DNA of 64,000 nucleotides from NCBI GenBank assembly GCA_965217865.1, contig CBDCJO010000002.1:800001-864000 (forward strand), read 5' to 3'. Positions 1 to 11,317 of the stretch are shown here, in pieces (positions within the stretch are counted from its first letter, which is position 1; every line of letters starts with the position of its first letter). Under the pieces are notes generated by a model that worked only from the letters and a program-made list of their open reading frames with translations, was not told the DNA's origin and searched no databases. The translations under genes and the position numbers were made by a program. This stretch comes from Candidatus Latescibacterota bacterium (GTDB lineage Bacteria; Latescibacterota; UBA2968; SICM01).

Positions 1-295
1 GCCCGAATGCTATCGGGAGATGTTCCCAGTGGACAAGATCCCGGCTGCGAGTATGCCCCCAATGTGTGCCGTCAGCGCCCCATGTGTCGCCGTAGGGATT
101 GAACTCATAGAACACGTGATAGAATCCCTTGTGAAAAATGATACCTACCGGATCGTTCATCCACTGTGCGGGGGGACGAAAATGGTAGATCGGGCGCGTA
201 CCGTCTTCCTCTGCGCGGGCGGTCGCGGCGTCTACTGCCGCCATGGCCTTCTCAAGCAGGGCGCTGTCATCCGATCTCGTGCGATTCGTGATCAT
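1..295 (-). CDS. Glycoside hydrolase family 32 (beta-fructosidase-like), N-terminal part; runs off the window start
   Basis: Not in the ORF track. Manual translation from ATG 295 gives [18 protein letters not shown]...YHVFYEFNP...[17 protein letters not shown], with the GH32 WMNDP nucleophile motif. Confidence 0.9.
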   Translation of the reverse strand, partial: MITNRTRSDDSALLEKAMAAVDAATARAEEDGTRPIYHFRPPAQWMNDPVGIIFHKGFYHVFYEFNPYGDTWGADGTHWGHTRSRDLVHWEHLPIAFG

Positions 296-525
296 ACTCT
301 TTGTATTGTCCTTTCACTAACGGTAAAGATAGTATGCGGAGCGCAGTTCCGCATACTATTGTGTTGAACAAAGCCGCACCTCCATATCCCTATGGGGATT
401 CAATGGGTTTCTGTTTGTGTGATCAATCCACCTGCAGGCACTGAGCTATAAGCCTATGCGTCGTAGCCCTCAGGAACGCCGATGCTCCTTGAGGAGGGGC
501 CGGGGGATGGGTGCGCAGTTCTATT

Positions 526-3339
526 TCAAATTTCAACGGGCTCCATCGACTTCACGTTGGCGTTGGGGTCAAAGTCGAGGGGGATGCCGGGAAAGGGCCC
601 GTCGTAGACCACGTGGCCCATCTCGGCACGTTTCCTGCGCCACTCCGCCTCAGCCTGTGCGAATCCTTCGGGGTCACGGTCCATGGCCCTGGCCACGGTC
701 GACATTAGCAGAGGTATGTAGCTGCCGAAGGCCACGTTGGTGAACGTGGGGGGCCGGTTTTCGACTCGACGGGCCTTATCCGTAAAGAACGTCAACACGT
801 GGTACTTGGCCCATGCCGCATAGATGGGGTCCTTTGTCAGGTCATAGGCCACGGCCACATCCGCTGGGATGCCGTAGTTAACCTGAGGTGGTCCTCCCCT
901 GTTCGTCCAGTGCCATCCGTTTCCCACGGGCCAGAGCTTGGACCGGGGGGGGAGGCATTCCCGGGCCATGTCGAGGGTGAAGAAGCCGGATACAGGTTCT
1001 TCCCAGACCATGTGGTCGGCCTCGGCCAGGATGGTCTTTTTCAGGAGATCGCTGTTGAAATGTCGGACCCCTTCGTAGTAGAGGGTGAACATGACGCCGT
1101 CGTGCTGGGCGGGCTTGGCGCATGGTCGCACTTCGGCCTCATCCCCGAGTTCGCCGAGGGTCAGGGCAGCGTATGGGATCAATCCCGGTTTGGGTTGTGT
1201 CTTGAGGAACCAGTTCAGACTTCGCCGGGCCAGCCCTCCATATTTTTCCGCCCAGGTGGCGAGGTAGGCCTCGATCACACAAACGAGCGGGCCGGTGAAC
1301 TCCCGTTTCCCTCCGCTGCTGCGTTCAGTGATGATCCCTGCGGGCTCCTGGTTTCGGACGGCCCAGTCCGCGGCTTCGAGGGCGACCTCCAGGAGGCGGC
1401 GGTTACCGGTGAAGTAATAGTGGAGCATGATGCCAAGGGTTAGCGTGTGGGAAGGGCTGTGAACGCCGGTCCACTGGTGGGCATTGTGATAATGCATCAA
1501 ACCGATGTATTCGGGATGGGAAGGGTGCGCGTGGCACACGGTCACATCCGCCATCGTCTGGCTGTAGGCGGAGGCGAGGAGGAAATGGTGGCGCTTCGCG
1601 GTGCGCACAAAATTCCCCCAGAGCGACCAGACCTGGTCATTGGTCTCGTTGTTATAGGGACCGACGTATTTCAGGGCCTTCACGGGATCCGTGCGGCAGT
1701 AAAGGTGATAAGATAGGCCGGGACCTCCTGCGTGCGAGCAGACGAGGTTGCCGTAGCGCATCATCCCATAGAGGCGGCATCTCTCCCAGGGCTCCACGAC
1801 CAGCGTCTCGACGAACTGGTCCAGTGCCGCATCCACTTCGGCGAATCGCTCATCCCCCGCGTAATAATGCCCTCGGGTGGCCTCTGTACGGTAAGTGTAT
1901 TCGGGCGGGGGAGGCGCGATTATCGGTTCCTGAACACATATTGCGAAGGCCTCGGCTGATTCATCATCGATGGGCTCGGGGGAGAGGCTAAGCCAGAACT
2001 CAGTGGTCTTGGCGGCGCCGGTTCCGTCTCTTGTTCCCGTGTCGTTGTGCGAGGCAGGCCGATCGGGCGCGTACTTCTCCACCATCTCCTCTATCCACCG
2101 GACATCATCAGTGGTACTGGGGACAAAACTCTTCAGATTCAGCGGAGCGGTCGGATTTCTCTCCAGGATTTGCTTCACCGCGGCTTCATCACGGGAATCC
2201 GCCTTGGCCGGCGGATCCCCCCACAGCCCGTTGAAGAAGACGCAGTCCTCCTTCCAGGCCGTCGAGTAGACCAGCGGTTTCTCATACTCCGAGGGCCAGA
2301 ACTGAACGTCCACACCATCCTGCGTCAACCGATACCCCTTAGGATACTCCTGCCAGAGATCCCGAAGCGCTACTAAGGCCGATGCCCTGCTCCCGCAAAG
2401 GGTCGTCCATCCGCGGGTCTTTTCCCCCTCTCCGAAAGGCTCACCGTCCCGTTCTACCCGATATGAGAGGTCCGAATCCTGAAGGAAATGCCCTTCTTCC
2501 CATCGCGTCGCCCAGTGCGGCCTGTCCTGTCCCCCAAAACTCATCCGCAGGTCGTCCCCCAGGTCCAGAGGAAACCGCATCCCCACCTCCGAAAAGGCTA
2601 GAACCTCCGGATCCTGGTCGAACACAAAGGTATGGAACATCCGCACATCACGCTTCCCAGCATAGAGATGAACCCGCAGCGTAAACGGACAAAGGTGAAT
2701 CCCGTTCTCCGTCGCATGGAATCCTTTCACGCTAACACATACCCGCATGGGTCCCTCCTCTTCCACCTCCACCCTCGGCGTGGGTGCAGCGGTGCAGGAA
2801 TCGTAGACCTGACCCTGCGTGTCCACCAGATATAAATGCGGTCCAGGGTCTCCACGAAACAGATCGTGCCAGCGGTCCTCACTTTTCACCCAGCATCCCG
2901 AGAGAAAGTCCCTCGCACGCTGAAACGACGCCACCGGAGGTCGCGGTTGAGAAGCCGGCACCCGGAAGTCCAGTCGAAGCTCCCCTGTGTCGATACGGAT
3001 GCGTTCCCCGCTCCGCTCCGTCGAAACCCCCTGTTCAGGAGCAACCGCTTTGACACCGGGTCCATATTCCAGGAAATATTCCCCCGTTTTATCCGCCTTC
3101 AGATTCGCTTGAAAGTCCACCAGAAGCCACTTGACGTACTTCATATCCCGATTCCACGTGGCGAGACACGTGGCTTGCGTAGGGAGGGCCTCTCCGTCGG
3201 GGCGCACCGCGCGGACCGGGGACCCGCGTTCGAGATCTCCTTCTGCGAACGGAACCCCCTGCGTGATCGGCCAGGCCTTTCGATCGACCCCGCCCGGGTT
3301 CTCGATCGTTAACTTGATTCGTTTGATCTCCTTCGACAT
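526..3339 (-). CDS. Large carbohydrate-active-like protein (PcRGLX/YetA-like, exo-rhamnogalacturonan-lyase-type architecture)
   Basis: 937 aa. N-terminal PITQGVPF..G / W..KW.L.DF pattern and helical C-terminal half with HYY.TG. The C-terminal tail is cut by a 7-bp duplication at 523-536. Confidence 0.6.
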   Translation of the reverse strand: MSKEIKRIKLTIENPGGVDRKAWPITQGVPFAEGDLERGSPVRAVRPDGEALPTQATCLATWNRDMKYVKWLLVDFQANLKADKTGEYFLEYGPGVKAVAPEQGVSTERSGERIRIDTGELRLDFRVPASQPRPPVASFQRARDFLSGCWVKSEDRWHDLFRGDPGPHLYLVDTQGQVYDSCTAAPTPRVEVEEEGPMRVCVSVKGFHATENGIHLCPFTLRVHLYAGKRDVRMFHTFVFDQDPEVLAFSEVGMRFPLDLGDDLRMSFGGQDRPHWATRWEEGHFLQDSDLSYRVERDGEPFGEGEKTRGWTTLCGSRASALVALRDLWQEYPKGYRLTQDGVDVQFWPSEYEKPLVYSTAWKEDCVFFNGLWGDPPAKADSRDEAAVKQILERNPTAPLNLKSFVPSTTDDVRWIEEMVEKYAPDRPASHNDTGTRDGTGAAKTTEFWLSLSPEPIDDESAEAFAICVQEPIIAPPPPEYTYRTEATRGHYYAGDERFAEVDAALDQFVETLVVEPWERCRLYGMMRYGNLVCSHAGGPGLSYHLYCRTDPVKALKYVGPYNNETNDQVWSLWGNFVRTAKRHHFLLASAYSQTMADVTVCHAHPSHPEYIGLMHYHNAHQWTGVHSPSHTLTLGIMLHYYFTGNRRLLEVALEAADWAVRNQEPAGIITERSSGGKREFTGPLVCVIEAYLATWAEKYGGLARRSLNWFLKTQPKPGLIPYAALTLGELGDEAEVRPCAKPAQHDGVMFTLYYEGVRHFNSDLLKKTILAEADHMVWEEPVSGFFTLDMARECLPPRSKLWPVGNGWHWTNRGGPPQVNYGIPADVAVAYDLTKDPIYAAWAKYHVLTFFTDKARRVENRPPTFTNVAFGSYIPLLMSTVARAMDRDPEGFAQAEAEWRRKRAEMGHVVYDGPFPGIPLDFDPNANVKSMEPVEI

Positions 3340-3423
3340 AATGCTTCCTCCCGATTCTCCCTGTTTTCCTTAAAAAAGGAAGAAATATAGCTTACTTCAC
3401 CTAGCAGGCGCTGAGTTGTAAGC

Positions 3424-4908
3424 CTATGCGTCGTAGCCTTCGGGCACGCCTATGCTCCTTGGAGGCGGGGGCGGTGAAGGGTTGTGCAGTTCTGTTTCAA
3501 CGGGTTCTATCGACTTCACGTTGGCGTTGGGGTCAAAGTTGTCCCAGTTGAGGGGGATGCCGGGAAAGGGTCCGTCGTAGACCGCGTTGCCCATCTCGGC
3601 CCGTTTTCGGCGCCACTCTGCCTCAGCCCTTGCGAATCCTTCCGGGTCATGGTCCATGGCCCTGGCCACGGTCGACATGAGCAGAGGTATGTAACCACCG
3701 AAGATCACATAGGTAAACCTGGCGGGGGACAGGTTTTCGACTCGAAGGGCCATATCCGTGAGGAAGGAAAACACGTGGTACTTAGCCCATGCCGCATAGA
3801 TGGGGTCCTTTGTCAGGTCATAGGCCACGGCCACATCCCCGGCGATGCCGTAGGCATCCCGAGGTCCTCCCCAGCTCGTCCAGTGCCATCCGTTTCCCAC
3901 GGGCCAGAGCTTGGACCGGGGGGTCAGCCATTTCCGAGCCATGTCGAGGGTGAAGAAGCCGGATACCGGTTCCTCCCAGACCATGTGGTCGGCCTCGGCG
4001 AGGATGGTCTTTTTCAGAAGATCATTGCTGAAATGTCGGGCCCCTTCATAATACAAGGAGAACATGATGCCCCCATGCTCGGCCGGCTGGGAGGACGGTT
4101 GCACGAAGGCCTCATCCCCCAGATCGCCGAGGGTCAGGGCTGAGTTCGGGATCAAACCCGGGACGGATTGTGTCTTGAGGAGCCAGTTCAGACTTCGCCG
4201 GGCCAGCCCCCCATATTTTTCAGCCCAAGTCGCGAGGTAGGCCTCGATCACACAAGCGAGAGGGCCGGTGAACTCACGCTTCCCTCCACCGTGGCGTTCA
4301 GAGATGATCCCCGCGGGCTCCTGGTTTCGGACGGCCCAGTCCGCGGCCTCGAGGGCGACATCCAGGAGGCGCCTGTTACCGGTGAAGTAATAGTGAAGCA
4401 TGATGCCGAGGGTAACGGTGTGGGAAGGGCTGTAACCGCCGGTCCACTGGTGGGCGTTATGATAATGCATCAAACCGATGTATTCGGGGTGGGAAGGGTG
4501 CGCGTGGCAGATGGTAACATCCGCCATCGTCTGGCTGTAGGCTGAGGCCAGCAGGAAATGGCGGCGCTTCGCGGTGCGGACAAAATTCCCCCAGAGCGCC
4601 CAGACCTGGTCATTGGCCTCGTTGTTGTAGGGCCCTACGTGCTTCAGTCCCTCAATAGGATCCGTGCGATAGTGAAGACGATAGGCAGCTCCTGGACCTG
4701 CGCTGTGCGAGCAGACGAGGTTGCCGTAGCGCATCATGCCGTAAAGCCGACTCCGCTCCCTGGGTTCGACGACGAGCGTCTCGACGATCTGGTTCAGTGC
4801 TGCATCCACTTCGGCGAATCGCTCATCCCCGGCGTAGTAGTGCCCACGGGTGGCCTCTGTCGTGTATTGAGGTGGGGGAGGAGCGATTATCGGTTCCTGA
4901 ACACATAC
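3424..4908 (-). pseudogene. N-terminally truncated paralogue of the 526..3339 gene
   Basis: Matches the C-terminal half of the 937-aa protein. DNA similarity extends to ~4908 (cggttcctgaacacata, cf. ~1924) with a small frame-breaking indel near 4860. Confidence 0.8.
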
Positions 4909-4924
4909 ATATGGAACTTATGGA

Positions 4925-6206
4925 TCACGAAACCTGAGACATTCTTTCCACCTGCATCCGAAGGGAAAATACCGTGTTTCCCATCGGTCCGCCGCCCGGC
5001 GGTTCGTAGTTCCCGATGTCGTAGATCACGATCAGCTCGTTCTCCCCGATTGCCAGCACCCCTGACATGCCTGTGTTCCCGTGATTGATTCCGAACAGGG
5101 AGGGTTCGGGTACGATGGGGATCCGGTCCAGCCATTCGTCGCCGGTTCCGTCTTCGCTGAAGGTGATGTTGAGGCCCGGGCGCCCGTATGTCATGGCCAC
5201 CACGCCGTTGGGGAGGGTGGTCAACCAGGGAGATACCCCTGCGTTGCTCGAGTATAGCTTGCCCTCGTTGCGTAACGGGTCCAGTCTCCGCACGGGATAG
5301 TAGCGCAGCACCCCAGGGCAGATGATCAGGTCACTCCAGGTTTTCCCCCCGTCGGAAGACTTGCACTGAAGCATCAGCCGGTCTGGCTGGTGATACCCGG
5401 TACGGAACACGGCGAATAGATCGCCGTTTGGAAGCTCTGTTAAGGCCGGTTCCACAAAGGCGGTTACCCCCCGGGTCGCTTCGGACTCGGGAGGCGGCGG
5501 CATTCCAGTGGGCATGCCGACAAAGCTGAAGTTATACCCGCCGTCCGTGCTCCGGAACATCAGGGGAAGGATCCAGGGGGAACCCTTTCGGTCGCGATCC
5601 ATTCCAACTGTCAAAAAGGTCATCAGGCTCCCGTCGGACATGGCCTTGAACGTCCCGCAGTTCTCGAATGAGCCGAGTATTTCGACACCCTCGATCCAGT
5701 TTTCGAAAAGGCTGAGGGAAAGGTCCGCAGGGTAATGGAACATCACGTCGGGTCGGTCCCGCCAGGTCCTTCCGTTGTCGTCGGATTCCCATCGATGTCA
5801 CACCCAGGCCGGGTTCGACAGGGAATACATAGCCCGGCTCTCCGAACGGACACAGGGTTTTGTCTCCCACCGGTGCGGCTCCGCTGCAGAGGACTCCGGG
5901 TAAGGGATCGGACCAGGCGCGTCCGCCTTCGACGGACCGGCAGTGGCAACCCGAGTAGGGCCACCGGTAGTGGGGATAATTCTGCCGGGGGCGGAACTTG
6001 TAAACAGGGTATTTGGCACCCGGGACTTCCACGGGCACGTGCCGGTCGTGCGGAAAATGGCCGTCCGGATGGAGTCCATAATTGGCGAGGATCGTCCCGT
6101 CCGGGGTCACGCCCACGGTGCAGTAGTGGTGCGTGGCCTCTGACATATGGAGGTAGCCTTCGTGTCGATCGATGATGACGGGCTGTTCGTGGTTTATTTT
6201 TAACAC
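4925..6206 (-). pseudogene. BNR/Asp-box (sialidase-like) beta-propeller protein, frameshifted near 5790
   Basis: Asp boxes SVEGGRAW (first frame) and ESDDNGRTW, STDGGYNF, SSDGGKTW (second frame). The two ORFs join by a frameshift. Confidence 0.75.
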
Positions 6207-6282
6207 GTGAATCGTCCTCTTTAATTTGCCGGTTGATTTCCAGTTTTAGAACCGCTTGACGCAGGCCACGTATAGCCAATTA

Positions 6283-7629
6283 TCAATTTGCATTTTCCCT
6301 TATCGCCTGGTCCATGATGGTCAACGCCGAGTCCATCTCCTCCGAACTGACGGTCAACGGCGGGGCGATTCTCCAGACACTGCTCAATCCCGGGAAGTTC
6401 ACGATGTTCATGCTGAGGCCCAGTTCGAGGCAGCGACGTGTCACGGCCGAACCGAGTTCGTTATCCGGTTCCCGGGTCTCACGGTCCTTCACGATTTCGA
6501 CACCCCAGAACAGTCCCCGACCCCGCACGTCACCCACCTGAACGTATCGATCCTTTATCTCCTCCAGTCCCGACTTGAGGATCTCTCCCATCCGGGAAGC
6601 CCGCTCGGCGAGTTTCTCGCGTACAAGGACCTCCAGCACGGCCTGGCCCACGGCCGCGGGAAGGGGATCGGACTGGTGGGAGGTCAGATGCAGGAAGCCT
6701 TTCTGATAACAGGTTTCCTCGATTTCGTCGCTCGTGACCGTGGCCGATAGCGGCAACCCGCCCCCGAGGGTCTTGGACAGGGTGAGGATGTCGGGAACGG
6801 CGCCATCCTGCTCGAAGGCGAAGTTCGCACCGCACCGACCCAGGCCGGTCTGGGCTTCATCCAGGATCAGGAGCATCCCGCGCGCCTCGCAGAGTTGTTT
6901 CAGACGTGGGAAGTAACCGGGAGGGGGTAGGATCATCCCTCCGGAGCTGATGATCGGTTCGGCGATAAACGCTGCGAGTGAACCGACGGTCTGGGCGTCG
7001 ATCATCTCGAAACCGGCTTCCAGGCACGTCATGTCGCATCGGTCGACGCAGTGGCGGATCGGACAGCGATAGCAGTCCGGGGCCGGGATGGCCAGGGTTC
7101 CGGGGGAGGACGGGCCGTAGCCTTTGCGCCCCGCCGCATAGGTGCTCGAACCCGCTCCGCCGGTCAGTCCGTGAAACGATCGGGTCAGTCCGACGATCTC
7201 GAAGCGACCGGTCTTCAGCTTCGCGATTCGGAGGGCGGCTTCATTCGATTCGCTGCCGGTGTTCAGGAGCATCACCTTCTGGAGGGATGGCGGCAGCAGG
7301 GAGGCCAGCTCCCGGCACAATTCGATCACGGGCGGGGACAGGAACCAGCTGAACAGGTGGACGACTTCAGCGCAGCTCTTGCGGATCGCGTCGATGATCG
7401 AGGGATGGTTGTGTCCGAGGGTCGAGCACATCTGTCCCGAGGTGAAGTCGAGTATCGGGCGACCGGTCTCGTCGTAGATATAGGACCCCGAAGCACGCTC
7501 GACGATCAGGGGGAGGAAGTCGCCCGCGTAGCGGATCATGTGCCGATTCACGGCTTCCCACGTGCGGCTTTCAGACTCGGGGGAATCTTTATTCGCCCCG
7601 GAACTTTGAATGGGGACGTCCTTCATCAC
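6283..7629 (-). CDS. Class III PLP aminotransferase, 2,2-dialkylglycine decarboxylase-like
   Basis: ILDFTSGQM, TGSESNEAA, LILDEAQTGLGR and PDILTLSKTLGGG motifs. Confidence 0.88.
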   Translation of the reverse strand: MMKDVPIQSSGANKDSPESESRTWEAVNRHMIRYAGDFLPLIVERASGSYIYDETGRPILDFTSGQMCSTLGHNHPSIIDAIRKSCAEVVHLFSWFLSPPVIELCRELASLLPPSLQKVMLLNTGSESNEAALRIAKLKTGRFEIVGLTRSFHGLTGGAGSSTYAAGRKGYGPSSPGTLAIPAPDCYRCPIRHCVDRCDMTCLEAGFEMIDAQTVGSLAAFIAEPIISSGGMILPPPGYFPRLKQLCEARGMLLILDEAQTGLGRCGANFAFEQDGAVPDILTLSKTLGGGLPLSATVTSDEIEETCYQKGFLHLTSHQSDPLPAAVGQAVLEVLVREKLAERASRMGEILKSGLEEIKDRYVQVGDVRGRGLFWGVEIVKDRETREPDNELGSAVTRRCLELGLSMNIVNFPGLSSVWRIAPPLTVSSEEMDSALTIMDQAIRENAN

Positions 7630-7663
7630 AGGCCTAATCGGTGAGCCCTTCGAATCGTCATGT

Positions 7664-8437
7664 CTAAGGCCTTCCGTTTTTCTTGAACCATTCCTCGAAT
7701 TCTTCCAGCTTCCCTTCGAAAAAGATAAGCGCGCCTTCGATTTCCCTTCGATCCCCCGGTTCCAGATCGGGGAAGCACGGGTCTGCGTGCATGCAGGGAT
7801 GAGCCGGATTCGACCATAATCGGCCGGTGTGCTCGAACCATGTCATGGCGGCCAGCAGGTTGGACTCGTTCGACCGCGTTGCGATGACGGGCATCGCGGT
7901 TTCGCCATTGCGGTGATCGCATCCCGCCTGGATTTTGGTCCATCCGAGATCGGCCTGTCGGACGTACTTGTTGGCGGTAGTGCACTCGGAAAACTCCTTC
8001 AGGCCTCTCAGATAAGAACAGGTCTGTGTGCGGATGTTCCGCAACGCGACGTCGCTTCCGTTGTGGATGTCCAGGCGAAGGGAAACGGTGATGTCGTCCC
8101 GTTTCTCGATCGTTACCCCGAAGTCGACTCCGTTGGGGAGTTCTCTCTTGAAGGATATTCCCTCCGGGGTGATTGACCAGGGTACTTTCGGAAGGTCTGG
8201 AAACGAAGGTGTGTATCTGAGATTGATGTGGCTCAGATAGAAGTTGCCCGCTTCACAGATGACGGTCTCGGGAAGATCGAGCCAGAGGTAATACTGGCTA
8301 GGCCAAGGAGGGCTGATCCACGCGATATGCTCCCAGGGACATTGGGGGCGCCATTGTCCGGGAAGGATCAGGAAATCTTTAACGAACATTCCATCGGTGT
8401 CGGGCATTATGAGGGAAATGGAAAATGCAAAGTGCAA
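7664..8437 (-). CDS. Hypothetical protein (true start probably ~8408 or ~8390)
   Basis: Long ORF co-oriented with its neighbours; family not recognised. Confidence 0.6.
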   Translation of the reverse strand: MHFAFSISLIMPDTDGMFVKDFLILPGQWRPQCPWEHIAWISPPWPSQYYLWLDLPETVICEAGNFYLSHINLRYTPSFPDLPKVPWSITPEGISFKRELPNGVDFGVTIEKRDDITVSLRLDIHNGSDVALRNIRTQTCSYLRGLKEFSECTTANKYVRQADLGWTKIQAGCDHRNGETAMPVIATRSNESNLLAAMTWFEHTGRLWSNPAHPCMHADPCFPDLEPGDRREIEGALIFFEGKLEEFEEWFKKNGRP

Positions 8438-8529
8438 AAGGAAAGGTCGTGGTCAAAAGCAGTGGATCAGGCCTGAGAATACAGTATGGGTTCCGAAGTA
8501 TTCTACTGGATTTTTGGAACGCCATTGCT

Positions 8530-8706
8530 CCCTCACCCCGCCTCGCAAGCTCGGCACCCCTCTCCCGGGTGCCGGGAGAGGGGAAGGTCGAAAATGATCT
8601 AACTAATTGTTTAATGAAGGGAAAGACGAGATCCTTATACATAGAAAATGAATGTCATCGTCCCCTTCTCCTGCTAAGCGGGAGAAGGAGATACAGGGGA
8701 TGAGGG
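8530..8706. repeat. Dispersed palindromic (REP/MITE-like) element, copy 1
   Basis: Hairpins CCCCTCTCCCGGGTGCCGGGAGAGGGG and CCTTCTCCTGCTAAGCGGGAGAAGG. Inverted homologue at ~24149-24345 and partial copy at ~47082-47130. Confidence 0.8.
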
Positions 8707-8774
8707 AGTTAGAACTGACATCCTTCGCCTGGAAGCGGTACCAAATTCAAGGCTAATTCTGTACACGACACTAG

Positions 8775-10608
8775 TCCCTATACAAGCGTGAATTTTTCTT
8801 GGTTTTAGTAGAAAAAAGTTGAAATGCCCCAGTTTTCAGGCCTATAGTTGTAGTATGAAAGACAAAAAGAGGCCATCAAAAAGGGGCATTTCAGATGAGA
8901 GAATACAGGAAGATTCTTCGGAACAGGGAAGCACGAATTGTCCGTCGTTTGCGTCGGAAGCAGTGGTGCAGTCAGGTCAAGCCTATGATGTCTGGGGGAA
9001 ACATCCACTACGAGATAAGTGGGAAGGCCGAGGCGATCACGTGTGGGGGGATCGGCGCGTTTCACCACATGGTCCGCAGGGTTGGGCTGGTGAAAGAGAT
9101 TGACCGTCATCTTCATCTTTTGAAAGTGCATTTGCCCTGTCACGAATCAGACCACGTTCTGAACATCGCCTACAATGCGCTGGTTGGTGGTCAACGCCTT
9201 GAAGACATTGAGCTGCGCCGGCAGGATGCCACGTTCCTGAACGCTTTGGGCGCTCAGCGTCTCCCGGATCCGACCACAGCAGGCGACTTTACACGTCGTT
9301 TCCGGCCATCGGATATCGAGACGTTGATGGATTGCATCAACCGGGTGCGCACCCGGATCTGGAAAAAGCGCGCCAGGGGCGAACTCAAAGAAGCCCTCAT
9401 CGACATCGACGGCACCCTGGCCACCACCCTCGGAGAACGCAAGCAGGGCATGGCCCTGTCATACAACGGTATCTGGGGATACCATCCTCTCGTGGTCTCT
9501 CTGGCGAACACCAGGGAGGTGTTGTTTCTTGTGAATCGACCCGGCCATGTGCCCAGCCACGACGGTGCCGTAAAGTGGATCGATCGCGCCATCGCGCTGG
9601 TCGCCCCTTTCGCCAAACGCATCTGCCTGCGCGGAGACACCGGCTTCTCACTCACCCGGCACTTCGATCGTTGGTCGGAAAAGGTCGACTTCGTCTTCGG
9701 CATGGATGCTTACAGAGGATTGGTCAAGATCGCCAAATCCCTGTCACAGAGCGATTGGGAGCCCTTTGAACGACAACCCAAATACCAGGTCAAAACCTCC
9801 CAGAGACAGAAACGCGAGAACGTGAAAGCCCGGATCATCCGGGAGCGCGGCTTCAAAAACATCCGACTTGCCAGTGAACGTGTTGCCGGGGTTTCGTATC
9901 GTCCTGCTCGATGCAGGAAGACCTGTCGACTCGTGATCCTCGAAAAAAACCTGAGCGTCGAACGCGGCGAAAACGCCCTGTTCGATGACAAGCGCTGTTT
10001 CTTCTACATTACCACCCGAAAAGATCTTACGGCCGCGGAAATCGTGAGGCTGGCCAATCGACGGTGCGATCAGGAAAACGTGATTGAACAACTCAAGAAC
10101 GGGGTCAACGCCATGCGGATGCCCGTCGACAACCTGATGAGCAACTGGGCTTACATGGTCATGACCGCCCTGGCGTGGAACCTCAAAGCCTGGTTCGCGT
10201 TGATGATCCGAAAGCGTGAGCGTCGCGATCAACTTCTGAGAATGAAGTTTCGCGCCTTCCTCCAGAATCTGATCTGGATCCCTTGCCAGATCGTGACCCG
10301 GGGAAGACAGATCATCTATCGTGTCTTGGGCTACAACCGGTGGATGACTGACTTCTTCCCGGCCTGGAACAGAATCAGATGGCTCAAACCGGCCTGACTG
10401 CCATGTCAGCACCTGTCGTCGTAACATCACAGGGACAAGTCCGTCCACCCCGGCTAAAACACGTCCGCAAACTCAGTTAATTAGACAATCGCATGCCGAA
10501 ACAATCACAAAAACAGCCCAGACATCATCTCCACCAAGTCACAAGTCTGAAATGCTCCGAAATCTTGTATAACACACCGCTCAACAAGCCTATTCGCTTA
10601 TTTTAGGA
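8775..10608 (+). mobile_element. IS1380-family insertion sequence, copy 1 (1834 bp)
   Basis: Imperfect terminal IRs TCCCTATACAAGCG / TCCTAAAATAAGCG; CTAG on both sides (8771-8774, 10609-10612); near-identical to 12375-14208. Confidence 0.92.
8895..10397 (+). CDS. IS1380-family DDE transposase
   Basis: 500 aa; IDIDGT, GYHPL, LRGDTGF and R...EN.IEQLK motifs. Confidence 0.92.
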   Translation: MREYRKILRNREARIVRRLRRKQWCSQVKPMMSGGNIHYEISGKAEAITCGGIGAFHHMVRRVGLVKEIDRHLHLLKVHLPCHESDHVLNIAYNALVGGQRLEDIELRRQDATFLNALGAQRLPDPTTAGDFTRRFRPSDIETLMDCINRVRTRIWKKRARGELKEALIDIDGTLATTLGERKQGMALSYNGIWGYHPLVVSLANTREVLFLVNRPGHVPSHDGAVKWIDRAIALVAPFAKRICLRGDTGFSLTRHFDRWSEKVDFVFGMDAYRGLVKIAKSLSQSDWEPFERQPKYQVKTSQRQKRENVKARIIRERGFKNIRLASERVAGVSYRPARCRKTCRLVILEKNLSVERGENALFDDKRCFFYITTRKDLTAAEIVRLANRRCDQENVIEQLKNGVNAMRMPVDNLMSNWAYMVMTALAWNLKAWFALMIRKRERRDQLLRMKFRAFLQNLIWIPCQIVTRGRQIIYRVLGYNRWMTDFFPAWNRIRWLKPA

Positions 10609-11317
10609 CTAGGTAGGTCGCTACGCCGACATTTATCGTGATATCCGCTCGATTCTCGCCATCGTCGAAAGGCTGCTCCCGGATTTTACCTTTCAATCGA
10701 TCCGCGAATATCTCCGCGCCAACCCGGTTGGCGTGATCCAAGAGGACAACGAATTCGTCCCCCCCGTAGCGCGTAACGACGTCTTCTTTTCGGGCCATCT
10801 TAATCGTCCGCGCTACAATTTCTTTGAGCACGAAATCTCCGAAGATATGGCCGTGGGTGTCGTTTGTCCGCTTAAACCGGTCGACGTCGAACATGACGCA
10901 CGTGAAGGTATGACCGTGCCTTCGAGAAAGAGCGATTTTCTCCCGGATGATTTTGTCCATGTACCTGCGATTGTAAATCCCCGTTAATTCATCGACTACG
11001 GATAACGCGGTCGCGGTGTGGAGTTGATTCCGCAGGCGGTCGTAACCGGCTTTGAACCTGAGGATCGATCTGACACGGGCCGAGAATTCCCTCGGATTGA
11101 CAGGCTTGACGAGATAGTCAACCGCACCCAATTCAAATCCCTTCACCTTTTCTGAAACCTCGTTTTGGGATGAGACGAGCAAGACAGGGACTTCGATCCG
11201 ATTCTGAAGGAGCGTGCTGAGGACTTCATAGCCGTCTTCGTCGGGCAAGTGGGGGTCCAGAATCACAAGGTCGTGCTCCTTCGACTGAGTGATTTTTTTC
11301 CCCCTTTCTCCGTCCCC
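10609..11317 (-). pseudogene. REC-GGDEF diguanylate cyclase, 3' part (cut by the integrative element at 11317 and by IS1380 at 10609)
   Basis: DLVILD..LP..DG (REC), DELTGIYNRR and RYGGDEF. The ORF runs into the IS end after VGVATYL. The missing first 31 aa are at 22350-22442. Confidence 0.9.

Noticed and set aside
20-367. 115-aa plus-strand ORF and the many other antisense/overlapping ORFs in the track
   Set aside because: They are shadows of real opposite-strand genes (here GH32) or translations of repeats (e.g. 35242, 38560, 38935, 52454-53456).
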